Source of the DNA: Thermoplasmata archaeon
GTDB lineage: Archaea > Thermoplasmatota > Thermoplasmata > Thermoplasmatales > ARK-15
NCBI GenBank assembly: GCA_049967255.1
Contig: JBMFTB010000003.1
Span: 1-56,020 of the forward strand
Length of the DNA stretch: 56,020 bases
Direction of reading: 5' to 3'
Position numbers and translations under genes: made by a program. Every line of letters begins with the position of its first letter. The stretch's first letter is position 1. Below, piece by piece: positions 26,992-37,260 of the stretch. Under the pieces are notes generated by a model, which saw only the letters and a list, made by a program, of their open reading frames with translations, did no database searches and was not told the DNA's origin.

Positions 26992-27747
26992 TCATTCTTT
27001 ATTTTCAATATCAATAACATAGTCTTTTGCAATCTGTCTCAATATTTTCATTGTTCCTGAACCATACTGCATAGCTATTTTTTTCCTTTTTATAACGCTA
27101 TCAGGCAATCCAATTTTTTTTGCCAGTTTTCTAACAATTATCTTCCTCTCAACATCAATTTTTTCTTTAACTGGAAGTGAAAGTGAGAATTTCACCATTT
27201 CAGTACATATGAATGGTGTATGGAGAACCTTACCAAAATCATTTGCTATTTTCTGTTCCCTTGGAAGAGTGATTGTAAGAAGTCTCAGTATGTCTTTTTC
27301 CATCAGTTCAGGATTTTTCTCATACTTTTTATATCCGCCAAAAAGTTCGTCAGATCCCTGGCCAGTGAAAACATGCTTTTCCCTTAAATTTGACAGAGCT
27401 ATGTAATATGGAATTTCAAATGAAAGATCAACAACAGAAAGGTCAGTGTAATTTTTAAGCAGTGATTCCATGGCATTCTTAACGTTTGTTTTGTTCAGAT
27501 AAATTATATTGTGTTTTTTTATGGAAAAATGTTCTGCAACCTCAATAGCATTTTCTATGTCTTTTGAATCTTTTGCACCGACAGTGTATACATTTACGTC
27601 ATAGAAATCCATAAGTAGGGCAAGTATTATGGAGCTATCCAGCCCACCTGAGAGAAGAACAGCTACCTTTTTTACACCTAGAGATGGAATGTTATTTGTA
27701 AGCAAATTATAAAGTACATCCTCATATGTTATATTGACGTAAGACAT
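26992..27747 (-). CDS. Asparagine synthase C-terminal (ATP-pyrophosphatase) domain protein, no glutaminase domain
   Basis: LLSGGLDSS, TGQGSDELFGGY, RKKIAMQYGSG. Confidence 0.8.
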   Translation of the reverse strand: MSYVNITYEDVLYNLLTNNIPSLGVKKVAVLLSGGLDSSIILALLMDFYDVNVYTVGAKDSKDIENAIEVAEHFSIKKHNIIYLNKTNVKNAMESLLKNYTDLSVVDLSFEIPYYIALSNLREKHVFTGQGSDELFGGYKKYEKNPELMEKDILRLLTITLPREQKIANDFGKVLHTPFICTEMVKFSLSLPVKEKIDVERKIIVRKLAKKIGLPDSVIKRKKIAMQYGSGTMKILRQIAKDYVIDIENKE

Positions 27748-29396
27748 CTATTAACACTCTCTTTTACTCTTTTCTCTAAATCTATTATCTTTAACCTTTC
27801 CTGAAGTGTTGTATCCCTATCCCTGATGGTAACCGTGCCATTTTCAAGCGTTTCATAATCTATTGTTATGCAATATGGAACACCTATCTCATCAGCCCTA
27901 GCATATCTTCTTCCTATTGAACCAGATTCGTCATAGTAGCAGGGAATTCCCGCTTCCTTGATTGAATCGTATATATCCCTTGCCCTTTCATCCAGTCCAT
28001 CTTTTGACATCAATGGAAAAATAGCAATTTTATAAGGTGCAATGTGAGGTTTTAACTTAAGCACCCTATAACCTGAATCTTTTCTAGTATAGAGAGTATG
28101 TTCAAGAAGTGAAAGAATAATTCTATCTATTCCAAATGATGGTTCAATGACCCATGGTATAACATCTTCAGTATTAATTTCCTTCTCGATTTCTTCTATC
28201 CTGTAACACTTATTAGGTATTTCAATGCCTTTATAAACAGGATTTTCTTTATTTGTCTTTGAATTTTTAAGAAATTCAAAAACAGCTTTCCATTCTTTAC
28301 CGTAATACTTCTTTAGTTCCTCCTCAATAGGAACATATTTCCTTTCCTTAATAACCTTTGGCTCGGATAATTTTCTTTTATAAACAAGCATTACCCCAGA
28401 ATGTTCACTGTGCTGTTTCAGATCATATTGATTCCTATCGGCAATGCCTGTTACTTCTATCCAGCCATTTGTTGTTTCAACTTCACAATCCCAGCAGTCC
28501 CTGGAATAATGTGCAAGTTCCTCAGGATAATGCTGTCTGAATCTGATTTTCTCCGCGTCAATGCCAATGTTCAGTAAAAATCTCTGAACAAGACCGATAA
28601 AGTAAGCAAGGGGTTGCTGTTTAATTATACCCGTTTTCAACGCATCTTCAATTGAAATTTTTCTTTTATCACCATTGTTAGGAACAAGTAGAACCATATC
28701 TTTCATTATTTCTTTGAAATAACCAGGCCAGTAAATAGAATCCGGGTCAAAGAAAATTTCCGCTTCTGCCATATTGAATTCCCTTAACCTTATCAAACTT
28801 TGTCTCGGGGCTATTTCATTTCTGAACCCCTTTCCTATTTGTACAATACCAAAGGGTAAATTATCTCTGAAATATCTAAGGTAGGGTAAATAGTTAATGA
28901 AAATGCCTTGAGCAGTTTCAGGTCTCAGATATGCCTGTTTTCCTTTTCCTGGACCTACTCTTGTCCCGAGCATTAGGTTAAATTTTTCAGGAGAGGATAA
29001 TTTTCCACCACATTTTTCGCATTTAAGTTTCAGTTCTTCCATCCTTTTTACCATAAATTCATAGGATTTAAGTTCAAAGGTTGGATCTTTTGCCTTTATT
29101 AGTTCATCTACCCTGTATGCTTCACCACAATTTTCACAATAGGTGATGTAATCTGTAAAAACGCTTGTGTGACCGGATGCATCAAGCACTTCCTCAGGTG
29201 TTACATTCGGTGAATCTATAGGTGCCATGCCTTCCATATTGATAAAAATGTTTTTCCATACATTTAATATGTTATCTTTTATCAATACGCCTATTGGTCC
29301 ATAATCGTAAAACCCAGAAAAACCACCATAAATATCAAATGCCGGCCAGAAAATTGCCCTTCTTTTTGCAAGTTCTATGACCTCTTGGTATGTCAT
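27729..29396 (-). CDS. glyS: Glycyl-tRNA synthetase (alpha2, archaeal/eukaryotic type)
   Basis: GFYDYGP, LRPETAQGIF, FRNEIAPRQ..IRLREF, IEPSFGIDR, GSIGRRYARADEIG. Confidence 0.96.
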   Translation of the reverse strand: MTYQEVIELAKRRAIFWPAFDIYGGFSGFYDYGPIGVLIKDNILNVWKNIFINMEGMAPIDSPNVTPEEVLDASGHTSVFTDYITYCENCGEAYRVDELIKAKDPTFELKSYEFMVKRMEELKLKCEKCGGKLSSPEKFNLMLGTRVGPGKGKQAYLRPETAQGIFINYLPYLRYFRDNLPFGIVQIGKGFRNEIAPRQSLIRLREFNMAEAEIFFDPDSIYWPGYFKEIMKDMVLLVPNNGDKRKISIEDALKTGIIKQQPLAYFIGLVQRFLLNIGIDAEKIRFRQHYPEELAHYSRDCWDCEVETTNGWIEVTGIADRNQYDLKQHSEHSGVMLVYKRKLSEPKVIKERKYVPIEEELKKYYGKEWKAVFEFLKNSKTNKENPVYKGIEIPNKCYRIEEIEKEINTEDVIPWVIEPSFGIDRIILSLLEHTLYTRKDSGYRVLKLKPHIAPYKIAIFPLMSKDGLDERARDIYDSIKEAGIPCYYDESGSIGRRYARADEIGVPYCITIDYETLENGTVTIRDRDTTLQERLKIIDLEKRVKESVNRCLTSI

Positions 29397-29401
29397 CTAG
29401 A

Positions 29402-30262
29402 TCACTCTTTAAATATTTCTAGAAGATCTGTATCGTAGAGCATTGCTACAAGATTATCATAAGAATCTCTTACAGGTAACTGAGAAAAATTTTCATCTAT
29501 CATTATCTTTGCAGCTTTGTATGCCGGTGATTTATTAAGAACAGTTGCAGGATCCTTGACCATAGCTTTGGATACTGGTGATTTTGGCACCTCTATCTTT
29601 TCTTCAACATACAAAATTTTAAGAATATTCCTCATACCTTCCCAGGTCCAGGAATCCTCGTCTTCCCCAATGCCAAGCTGACTGCTGGCTTCATTTGTTT
29701 CAACCTTTGCATTTTCAAAAATATCCCTGTCTGTAATAACGCCCACAAGATTTGCATCATCATCAACAACTGGGTATGCATTTATCTTTGTAAGTGTAAT
29801 CATCCTGAAAACAACTTTAAGAGGCGTAGATTGATGAACAAGTATGCATGGATTATTTATGAATTTTTCAACAGGATCTGATATCTTTTTCTGATAAATT
29901 AATTTTAGGTAGTCATAGGGAGTTACAATGCCTACAACTCTTTTCTTTTCGTCTATTACAGCAATGTGTCTCCTCTTTGTTTTCCTAAAAATTTCAGCAC
30001 CTTTTGTAACAGTTGAATCTGGAGAAATTGTTGGAGCATCCTCTCTCATTACCAGTGCTATCTGGTCCTCTTTTGGTTTTTCAAATATATCTCTTCTCGT
30101 TATCATTCCCAAATATCTCTTATTTTCATCTACAACCGGGATGCCCGTTATATTATGTTTTACCATCAACTTAAGCGCATCATTCCTTGTTGCAGGAGCA
30201 ACAAGAACAATGGGATTCTTTGTCATAATATCAGATATTTTTTCGTTCATTAATGTATTCAC
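29402..30262 (-). CDS. Tandem CBS-domain protein
   Basis: Four CBS repeats (IPVVD...GMIT, YPVVD...GVIT.RD). Confidence 0.88.
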   Translation of the reverse strand: MNTLMNEKISDIMTKNPIVLVAPATRNDALKLMVKHNITGIPVVDENKRYLGMITRRDIFEKPKEDQIALVMREDAPTISPDSTVTKGAEIFRKTKRRHIAVIDEKKRVVGIVTPYDYLKLIYQKKISDPVEKFINNPCILVHQSTPLKVVFRMITLTKINAYPVVDDDANLVGVITDRDIFENAKVETNEASSQLGIGEDEDSWTWEGMRNILKILYVEEKIEVPKSPVSKAMVKDPATVLNKSPAYKAAKIMIDENFSQLPVRDSYDNLVAMLYDTDLLEIFKE

Positions 30263-30340
30263 CTCTTAAGGAGTACTCAATGTAAATTTTCTGCTATTAT
30301 ATTAATTTATTTCTTAATTTAACAAAAAAAGTAAAAAAAT

Positions 30341-31036
30341 TTATAAAAACATTTTCTTGAAAATATCTTTTGCTTCTTTTACATCACTCTCCGGAGCATC
30401 AGTATATGTTATCCACCAGTCATAACCCTTGAATTTTTCAAGCATTTTTTTAGCAGATGATACGTCTGAAGGTGGTTTGTTCAGGAATTTGTCACCAATG
30501 ATTTCATTGTTTGGCCAGTTTGCGGGCATAACATTATTGTATTTATCAACCATTTGCAAGGCCTTTATGCTCCTAAGTATTTCCCCTATATTTCTTCCTA
30601 TCTCAAGAGGATAATACATTATAAGCCTTACAACAGAATTCGGGTCAACAATGAAAACTGCTCTCACTGTGGATGTGCTTGATTCTGCATGTATCATACC
30701 TAGTGATTTTGAAACTGTACCCATCGGATCAGCTATTACAGGAAAAGGTAGTTCTATTCCAAGCTTTTCCTTTATCCAGTTTATCCATTCTATATGACTT
30801 ATGTTTGAATCAACACTCAAGCCGATCAATTCTGTATTTAGTTTTTTGAAATCATCGTACTTTGATGCAAAAGAATAGAATTCTGTTGTGCATACAGGAG
30901 TAAAATCCCCTGGATGGCTAAAAAGAACAAACCATTTCCCATTGTATTTAGCTGGCAATTCAATTTTTCCCTGTGTTGTCATCACAGATATCTGTGGAAA
31001 TTTTTCCCCTATTAATGGCATTCCCAATTCTGACAT
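30341..31036 (-). CDS. Archaeal peroxiredoxin (Prx6/1-Cys type)
   Basis: [15 protein letters not shown]...GRN..EILR, DWW; only one Cys in the protein; GGTGA SD favours start 31036. Confidence 0.92.
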   Translation of the reverse strand: MSELGMPLIGEKFPQISVMTTQGKIELPAKYNGKWFVLFSHPGDFTPVCTTEFYSFASKYDDFKKLNTELIGLSVDSNISHIEWINWIKEKLGIELPFPVIADPMGTVSKSLGMIHAESSTSTVRAVFIVDPNSVVRLIMYYPLEIGRNIGEILRSIKALQMVDKYNNVMPANWPNNEIIGDKFLNKPPSDVSSAKKMLEKFKGYDWWITYTDAPESDVKEAKDIFKKMFL

Positions 31037-31056
31037 TTTTATCACCAATGGATTAT

Positions 31057-31068
31057 TACATTAATGTA
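31057..31068. promoter_or_regulatory. Palindrome TACATTAATGTA in the divergent prx / Lrp-regulator promoter
   Basis: Perfect 12-bp palindrome about 20-30 nt upstream of the prx start. Confidence 0.3.
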
Positions 31069-31164
31069 TAATAATTTTTTCCTTTCAGACAAAAAAATTT
31101 TACAAATATGTATTTTTTTTAAACGATGAGTAAAATTATTATATGCTTTTTCATTACCAAAGTT

Positions 31165-31578
31165 ATGGTTGATTTAAATATAAAGATACTGGAGCAACTT
31201 GAAAAAAATCCAGAATATTCGCTTCAGGAAATTGCCCAAAATCTAGGGGTTAGCAAAGGTACAATAAGGAACAGAATATCAAAAATGAAAGAGAATGGAA
31301 TTCTTATTGGATTTAAAATACGTATATCTTATAAAAGTATTGGGAAAGATGAAGCGTATGTGGGTCTAGATATTTCTCCAGAGAATTTTATTACTGCGCT
31401 TGAAGAAATAAGAAATTTTAGTTTTGTTAGGGAAATTTATGCAACAAGTGGTGATCATGTTGCAATTGCCTATCTTGTGGATGAATCTAAAAACATTGTA
31501 GAATCTATTAAAAAAATAAATGAAGTAAAGGGTGTAAGGAATGTTTATCCTGCATTTGTCCAAAAGATAATCAAATAA
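31165..31578 (+). CDS. Lrp/AsnC family transcriptional regulator
   Basis: HTH (LQEIAQNLGVSKGTIRNRI..M.E.GI) + RAM domain (YATSGDH). Confidence 0.9.
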   Translation: MVDLNIKILEQLEKNPEYSLQEIAQNLGVSKGTIRNRISKMKENGILIGFKIRISYKSIGKDEAYVGLDISPENFITALEEIRNFSFVREIYATSGDHVAIAYLVDESKNIVESIKKINEVKGVRNVYPAFVQKIIK

Positions 31579-31622
31579 CTGATCAACAAATTTAAATAAA
31601 GAATTAGTTTAAAGATCAAACA

Positions 31623-31913
31623 ATGGCAAATGACATATCATTTAAGGTTGTGAACAAGGGCAAGGATTTTATTGAACTCGAGGTTCAAAATTACGATAAT
31701 ACTATAATAAAGCCTCTTGTTGAGGAACTCAGCAGAGATCCTATGGTTGTTGAAGCAAAATATCACATAGATCATCCTACTCTAGATAATCCAAAAATAT
31801 ACATAAAGGTAAAGGAAGGTAAGCCTCAGGCCGCTGTAAAAAGGGCATTGAAAAAAATAGAGAAAGTTTTCGAGGATTTAGAAATAGAAGCAAAAAAGCA
31901 ATTAATTTCTTGA
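31623..31913 (+). CDS. rpoL: RNA polymerase subunit L (Rpo11)
   Basis: DNT...L.EEL..DP.V..A.Y.IDHP. Confidence 0.9.
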   Translation: MANDISFKVVNKGKDFIELEVQNYDNTIIKPLVEELSRDPMVVEAKYHIDHPTLDNPKIYIKVKEGKPQAAVKRALKKIEKVFEDLEIEAKKQLIS

Positions 31914-32771
31914 GTGCTTCACAATTTCTACATTAGGTGGTTTTACAAGTGCAATCTTTCTTAATTCCTTTGGTACCAGAACATTTACCATTATAGGTGC
32001 AAATGGTTTTTCCTGCTTCATTGTAATTTTACCTGAATTTTCTAGAAATAGAAGTGATATGAGAACCTTAATTGAATCCTCTTTTGTACCATTTTCGATC
32101 TGATTTTTGTAAAACTCATCATCCATTTCACATATTCTTGACCATATTTCCTGAATATCATCCTCAATGCTTTCCTGATGTAGCCTTTGACCAATAAGTA
32201 TTCTGTATTTTTCATCTATCTTTTTCTTTTCTTCATTTTCTTTAGATCTTTTTTCCGATTCAGACATTGCATCCTTTAAAGCAGATATAAGCTCTGAAAG
32301 AGTGACAGGTCTTTTTTCCGCTCTTCTCACAGGTTCCTGAAATGGGTTGGAATTTACTATGGTATCCGTGATGTCATAATCGCCAGTTGTTTCAGGCATG
32401 GGGCTGTAAGGATCCCAGAGGTCATAAAAATCCTCCTCCTTTTCATTGAACATTTTTAAGACCTTTTCACTCTTTTTAAACAATATTTCCCAGGCCATGA
32501 GAACAAGTTTGCCAGCCGTAATAAAATCAAGAATATTTTCTTCCTTTACTTTCTTCAAATAAAGCTGTGTGAATTTTACAAGATCTATATCAAATGGATT
32601 GAAATTTTCATCAAGAACAAGCTGGAAAGCTGCAGCAATTGCTTTTAATTTTGGGTCATCGATGGAAATATAAAGGTTTGATTTCTCATCCTTCAGCATT
32701 TCAAGGTAATTGTCTATCTGTTCCTGACTCATATTTTTTTTCATTATATCCATTATTATATCCTTATCCAA
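31902..32771 (-). CDS. scpA: Kleisin ScpA
   Basis: NPFDIDLV.FT..YL, RPVTLSELI.AL, LLFLE..GKI...Q..PF; directly follows smc. Confidence 0.88.
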   Translation of the reverse strand: MDKDIIMDIMKKNMSQEQIDNYLEMLKDEKSNLYISIDDPKLKAIAAAFQLVLDENFNPFDIDLVKFTQLYLKKVKEENILDFITAGKLVLMAWEILFKKSEKVLKMFNEKEEDFYDLWDPYSPMPETTGDYDITDTIVNSNPFQEPVRRAEKRPVTLSELISALKDAMSESEKRSKENEEKKKIDEKYRILIGQRLHQESIEDDIQEIWSRICEMDDEFYKNQIENGTKEDSIKVLISLLFLENSGKITMKQEKPFAPIMVNVLVPKELRKIALVKPPNVEIVKHSRN

Positions 32772-35700
32772 CTGAATTCACCCCCTCACCATATGTTTCC
32801 TCATATACCTTTGAAATGCCATCTGGAAGTATTGTAACCCCAAGAACGTTGTCCGAGTACTTTAAAACTGCTCTCCTTAAAGATACAACAATAAATTGTG
32901 CCTTGTTTGAATTTTCTTTTAATATTCTTGCAACATTTTCTGCATTGTATCCATCAAGGAACATGTCAGATTCATCAAAGAGGTAGAAAGGTGATGGATC
33001 ATATTGCTGTATGGCGAGTATGAATGTTAGTGCAGTCAAACTTTTCTCTCCACCACTTAATGCTTCAAGCCTTATCATTTTTTTACCCTTTGGCCTTGCC
33101 TTAATCACTAGACCTCCCTGAAAAGGATCTTCTTCATTTTCTAGGTACATTATTGCTTCGCCACCGTTCGTTATTTCATAATAGATCTTAGAAAAGTTTT
33201 CCTTGATTGCCTTATAAACAGAAATGAGCCCATCCTTCTTCTTTTCATTTAGCTCATTCATAAGCCTAATTAAGTTTGTTTTTTCATCAGAAAGGTTAGA
33301 ATAATTGTCCTTCAGATCCTTTAATCTTGCATTTTCAGTATCATAATCTTCAATGCTTTTCATATTTACAGGTTCCATTGATTTCATTGTTGATTCACAG
33401 TATTCAATAGTTTTCTTCAGTTCTGAAATGCCTGGAACAGGTTCCTTAATCTCTATGCCATAGGAATTGTATTCTCTTTCAGCTTCCTCAAGAGAATTCC
33501 TGTTTTCATTAATTCTTGTTTTTAATGTTATTATAAAATCATTTTTCCTGTTTATTTCCTCTGAAACCTTTTGCATTTTCAATTCTATTGCAGAAATATC
33601 GTTCTGTATTCTTTCCCTTTCCTCCCATTTCTTCTTTATGCTTTCCTCTATAGATGCATTTATTTCCTGGAATTTTCTAAGCTTTAATTCATTTTCCTCT
33701 ATTTCCTCTTTTAGATTTTTTACATCCTTTTCCTTTTGATCCCTTTCAGAAATCAATTTGAAAATATTTTTATCATTTGTTTCAATCGTTTTTGATAAAT
33801 CAATAACCTCATGTTCAATATCTCTGGAAAGCATGCTGAATGTTGTAAAATCATGCTCAAGATTTTCAATGCTATTTTTTATTGATTTAATTTTTTCCTG
33901 TATCTCTGCTGGGGCATATGATTCTAGCTTAATTTTCATAGAATTTATGTCTTTTTCTACAAACTCTACATTTTCATTTAATTGCCTTACCTCATCCTCT
34001 AATATTTTGATATTTTCTTCCAGCTTTTTCTTTTCATCAAATTTTTTTGTAAGCTGTATCTTTAACTTTGCAAGCTTCTCTCTGTTTTCTTCTATAGTTT
34101 TAGTATATATGGATACATCTTCAAGCCTGTTCTGGGAAAGATCATGCAATTCTTTGCTCACCTGATCAAGGTGTTTTAACACATCTTTATACTCATTGTC
34201 AAGGTTTTCTTTTTCCATATTCGCATTTCTAAGCTCCCTGGAAATGATGTCCATATCACCTATTGTGCTTGATCTTTCGCTTCTTTGTACAAGTCCACCT
34301 GTTATTGCTCCACTTGCCTCTATAAGCTGGCCATCCCTTGTTACAAGCCTAACACCTCCCATCAGTTTTCTTGCCGTATTCAGATCTTCAACAGCAACAG
34401 TATCACTGAAAACATACCATAATGGACCCTCTATTTCCTTGTCAAATTTTATTAAATCTAGTATCAACCCAATTGCCTTCTGATCCTTTATAGCTAGCAA
34501 GGCTTTACCCCTAGGCCTTCCGGGTATCATTTTATTAATTGGTAAGAATGTTGCCGTACCCTTTTTATTCTGTTTCAAATAATCTATGCAAACTGCCGCT
34601 ACTTCATCGTTTTCAACAACTAGTGATTCTAGCCTGTTTCCGCCGGCTATGTCAATAGCCAGACTAAGATCTTCAGGTATTTTTATTAGTTCTCTTACCG
34701 TACCCTTTATTCCTTTGATTATACCCCTGTCCCTTGCTTCAAGAATAGAATTAACGCTTTCCATTGTTTTATTCATTTCAATCTTTGCTTTTGATTTTTC
34801 ATATGCACGTGTAAGTGAGAGTATTTTTCCCTCAAGGTTATTAATCTTTTCTCTTAGTTCTACCTCCTTGTTTTTTAGTGTATAATATAAATCCTGCAAA
34901 TCTTTACCTCTTTTTTTAAGATCGCTTTCCTTTTCTTTTACAGAATCAATCCTCCATTCTGCATCTTTTATATTAAGCTCAATAGTCTTAATGTCCTCCT
35001 CCAAAGATGCAATGTACTCAATAATATTCTTATAGTTTTCTTTGTTAGAAACAAGTCCAGAATTTTTTTTAGCAAATTTTTCTTTCAGTTCGGATAGGTC
35101 CATGTGCCTTCTCATTAATTTTTCCTGGATTTCTTTTACTTCATTGGAAGAGTTTGTTATCTTTTCTTCAAGTGATTTCAACTCCTCCTTTTTAGATTTA
35201 AGCATATTTTCAGCTTTATCCCTTTTTTCTTCTGTTTCATTGAGTTTTGATGATTTTTCTTCAAGTGTTTTTTTCATTGTTTTTTTCTGTGCTTCTAACA
35301 TTTTCAAATCATTATTTATTTCATCTATTCTTGCCTGAAAGTCCTCTATTCTCATCCTGTATTTTCCTATTGTTAGCCTTAAGTCATCGATCTGGTTCTT
35401 TATTTTTAAATGCTCTTCACCGCCACCTCTAGAAATTTCATCATTAATTTTCGATAGTAAATCTTTTTTCTGAGTCATTTCATTTTCATTTGTTGAAAGT
35501 TCATTTTTAAGTTTTTCAATTTCGGCATTAAGCTTATTGATCTCATCCATATCCCCATCTATCTCTCCGCTTAATTGCTTTATTTTCCTGTATTCTAGTG
35601 ATGCACGTGATTTTGTTAGTTCTTCCTTCAATTCAAGATATCTAAGCGCTGTCTTTCTGTCATTTTCTAAGCTAGACAGCCTTGATTCAATCTCCCTGAT

Positions 35701-36297
35701 TATAACCTCTATTTTAACCATGTTATCTTCTGTTTCCTGCTTTTTTCTTTCAGCATCCGCAATCTGTTCATCATACTTAGTAATTCCAGAAATTTCTTCT
35801 AGTATCCTCCTTCTTTCAAGAGGCGACATCTCTACAATCCTGGTAATATCTCCTTGCTGAACTATGTTGTAACCATCAGCAAATATTTTTGCCCTTGAAA
35901 GTAATGCAGTAAAATCCTGAAGCTTTGCTTTGTCATTATTTATATAAAAATAACTGTTATAATCTTCTTCTTGGTTCGATCTCTTTATCACCCTGGTAAA
36001 TGTTACCTCATCCGTATCAACGGGTATTTCCCGGTCAGTGTTATCAAACACAAGAGAAACTTTGCAATAATCGGCTGGTTTTCTATCCTTTCCACCATTA
36101 AAAATCAGATCAGTAAGCCTTTGTGCCCTTAGCACTTTAGAACTTTTAGGACCAAGGACAAATAGTATTGCATCCGATATATTACTTTTACCAGAACCAT
36201 TAGGACCACTAACACCAGTAAAGCCTTTTTTAAATTCTATGCTAGTCTTTCTTCCAAAACTTTTGAAATTTTCCATATCTAATTTTTTTAGAAACAT
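32764..36297 (-). CDS. smc: Chromosome segregation protein SMC
   Basis: GPNGSGKSN, VQQGD, coiled coils, hinge, LSGGEKS, LFDE.D..LD. Confidence 0.97.
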   Translation of the reverse strand: MFLKKLDMENFKSFGRKTSIEFKKGFTGVSGPNGSGKSNISDAILFVLGPKSSKVLRAQRLTDLIFNGGKDRKPADYCKVSLVFDNTDREIPVDTDEVTFTRVIKRSNQEEDYNSYFYINNDKAKLQDFTALLSRAKIFADGYNIVQQGDITRIVEMSPLERRRILEEISGITKYDEQIADAERKKQETEDNMVKIEVIIREIESRLSSLENDRKTALRYLELKEELTKSRASLEYRKIKQLSGEIDGDMDEINKLNAEIEKLKNELSTNENEMTQKKDLLSKINDEISRGGGEEHLKIKNQIDDLRLTIGKYRMRIEDFQARIDEINNDLKMLEAQKKTMKKTLEEKSSKLNETEEKRDKAENMLKSKKEELKSLEEKITNSSNEVKEIQEKLMRRHMDLSELKEKFAKKNSGLVSNKENYKNIIEYIASLEEDIKTIELNIKDAEWRIDSVKEKESDLKKRGKDLQDLYYTLKNKEVELREKINNLEGKILSLTRAYEKSKAKIEMNKTMESVNSILEARDRGIIKGIKGTVRELIKIPEDLSLAIDIAGGNRLESLVVENDEVAAVCIDYLKQNKKGTATFLPINKMIPGRPRGKALLAIKDQKAIGLILDLIKFDKEIEGPLWYVFSDTVAVEDLNTARKLMGGVRLVTRDGQLIEASGAITGGLVQRSERSSTIGDMDIISRELRNANMEKENLDNEYKDVLKHLDQVSKELHDLSQNRLEDVSIYTKTIEENREKLAKLKIQLTKKFDEKKKLEENIKILEDEVRQLNENVEFVEKDINSMKIKLESYAPAEIQEKIKSIKNSIENLEHDFTTFSMLSRDIEHEVIDLSKTIETNDKNIFKLISERDQKEKDVKNLKEEIEENELKLRKFQEINASIEESIKKKWEERERIQNDISAIELKMQKVSEEINRKNDFIITLKTRINENRNSLEEAEREYNSYGIEIKEPVPGISELKKTIEYCESTMKSMEPVNMKSIEDYDTENARLKDLKDNYSNLSDEKTNLIRLMNELNEKKKDGLISVYKAIKENFSKIYYEITNGGEAIMYLENEEDPFQGGLVIKARPKGKKMIRLEALSGGEKSLTALTFILAIQQYDPSPFYLFDESDMFLDGYNAENVARILKENSNKAQFIVVSLRRAVLKYSDNVLGVTILPDGISKVYEETYGEGVNSVG

Positions 36298-36439
36298 ATG
36301 ACCACCATTGTCATACTCATGTCAGCTATTTATATGATATACATATGCTATTATATAAACTTATCGTCATATATACCCTTGCTGTTTAAGCTTAACAACT
36401 GACAAAGAAATTAAATATTGATTATTCATTCAAAAAATT

Positions 36440-36736
36440 ATGGTAAAGGAAGAAGATGTTATTGAGGTATTAAAAAGTGTCATTGATCCTGAAATAGGTC
36501 TAGATGTGATCAATCTTGGTCTTGTTTATGAGATAAAAGTAAACGATGATATAGTTTATATAAAAATGACTATGACAACGCCTGGTTGTCCTTTAGCATC
36601 CTGGATACTTGCAGATGCTGAAAATAAAATTAAACAACTGCCAGAAGTAAAGGATGTGCAGATTGAACTTGTCTGGGATCCGCCTTGGTCCGTGGACAGG
36701 ATAAGCGAAGAAGCCAGGAAACTTCTTGGCCTATGA
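36440..36736 (+). CDS. DUF59/SufT (MIP18-like) Fe-S maturation protein
   Basis: V.DPEIG.DV.NLGLVY, MTMTTPGCPL, VWDPPW. Confidence 0.9.
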   Translation: MVKEEDVIEVLKSVIDPEIGLDVINLGLVYEIKVNDDIVYIKMTMTTPGCPLASWILADAENKIKQLPEVKDVQIELVWDPPWSVDRISEEARKLLGL

Positions 36737-36737
36737 G

Positions 36738-37136
36738 TTAAATATCAAAAAGAACTCTTAATCTTCCAGTCTTGTCCACCATAAGCATGTGGTATGTTAC
36801 AGCTTTTATAACAAGATAAGAACCATGCTTTTCTCTATTATATTTTTCACCTACAAGTTCAGCATTAAGTGTTAAACCATTTATTTTTACCCTGGCATAT
36901 CCGGGTACGAATTGTTCCGCATCAAACAAATAAAGTATTTCTGATAAAAATTTGACAAGGAGTGAATCATAATTTTCAGCACTTAAATTAAAATTTTTTT
37001 TAATTGTTTTATCAACTTTATTTATATCTATAGAAAGAGAAATCATGGCTAATGCAGCTTCCTCAAATGCCTTCTCAAGGTTTAAGCTTTCCACCTCAAT
37101 GCCTATATCAGCTGTATGCTCTAAAATCTTGTACAT
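36738..37136 (-). CDS. Archease
   Basis: LEHTADIG, IKAVTYH, LFDI C-terminus. Confidence 0.93.
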   Translation of the reverse strand: MYKILEHTADIGIEVESLNLEKAFEEAALAMISLSIDINKVDKTIKKNFNLSAENYDSLLVKFLSEILYLFDAEQFVPGYARVKINGLTLNAELVGEKYNREKHGSYLVIKAVTYHMLMVDKTGRLRVLFDI

Positions 37137-37142
37137 GTTTAG

Positions 37143-37217
37143 CGGGCGCAGGGGGATTTGGACCCCCGATCTACAGCTTAGGAGGCTGCCGCCTTATCCA
37201 TGCTAGGCCATGCGCCC
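37143..37217 (-). tRNA. tRNA-Arg(CCT), 75 nt, no intron, no encoded CCA
   Basis: Acceptor GGGCGCA/TGCGCCC, D stem GCCT/AGGC, anticodon stem GCAGC/GCTGT with loop CTCCTAA, T stem GGGGG/CCCCC with atypical loop TCCAAAT. Confidence 0.93.
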
Positions 37218-37260
37218 TACTCTAACCTTATGATCTAGTGTTATTTAATTTTTATTTGTT

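Noticed and set aside
29416-29428. TTCTAGAAGATC matches 12 nt of the putative TnpB guide (92-107)
   Set aside because: The guide's first (TAM-proximal) bases mismatch unless a gap is allowed; a short AT-rich match is plausibly chance
32764-36297. K/E-rich quasi-repeats in smc and 25485-26213
   Set aside because: Ordinary coiled-coil heptads, not DNA repeats
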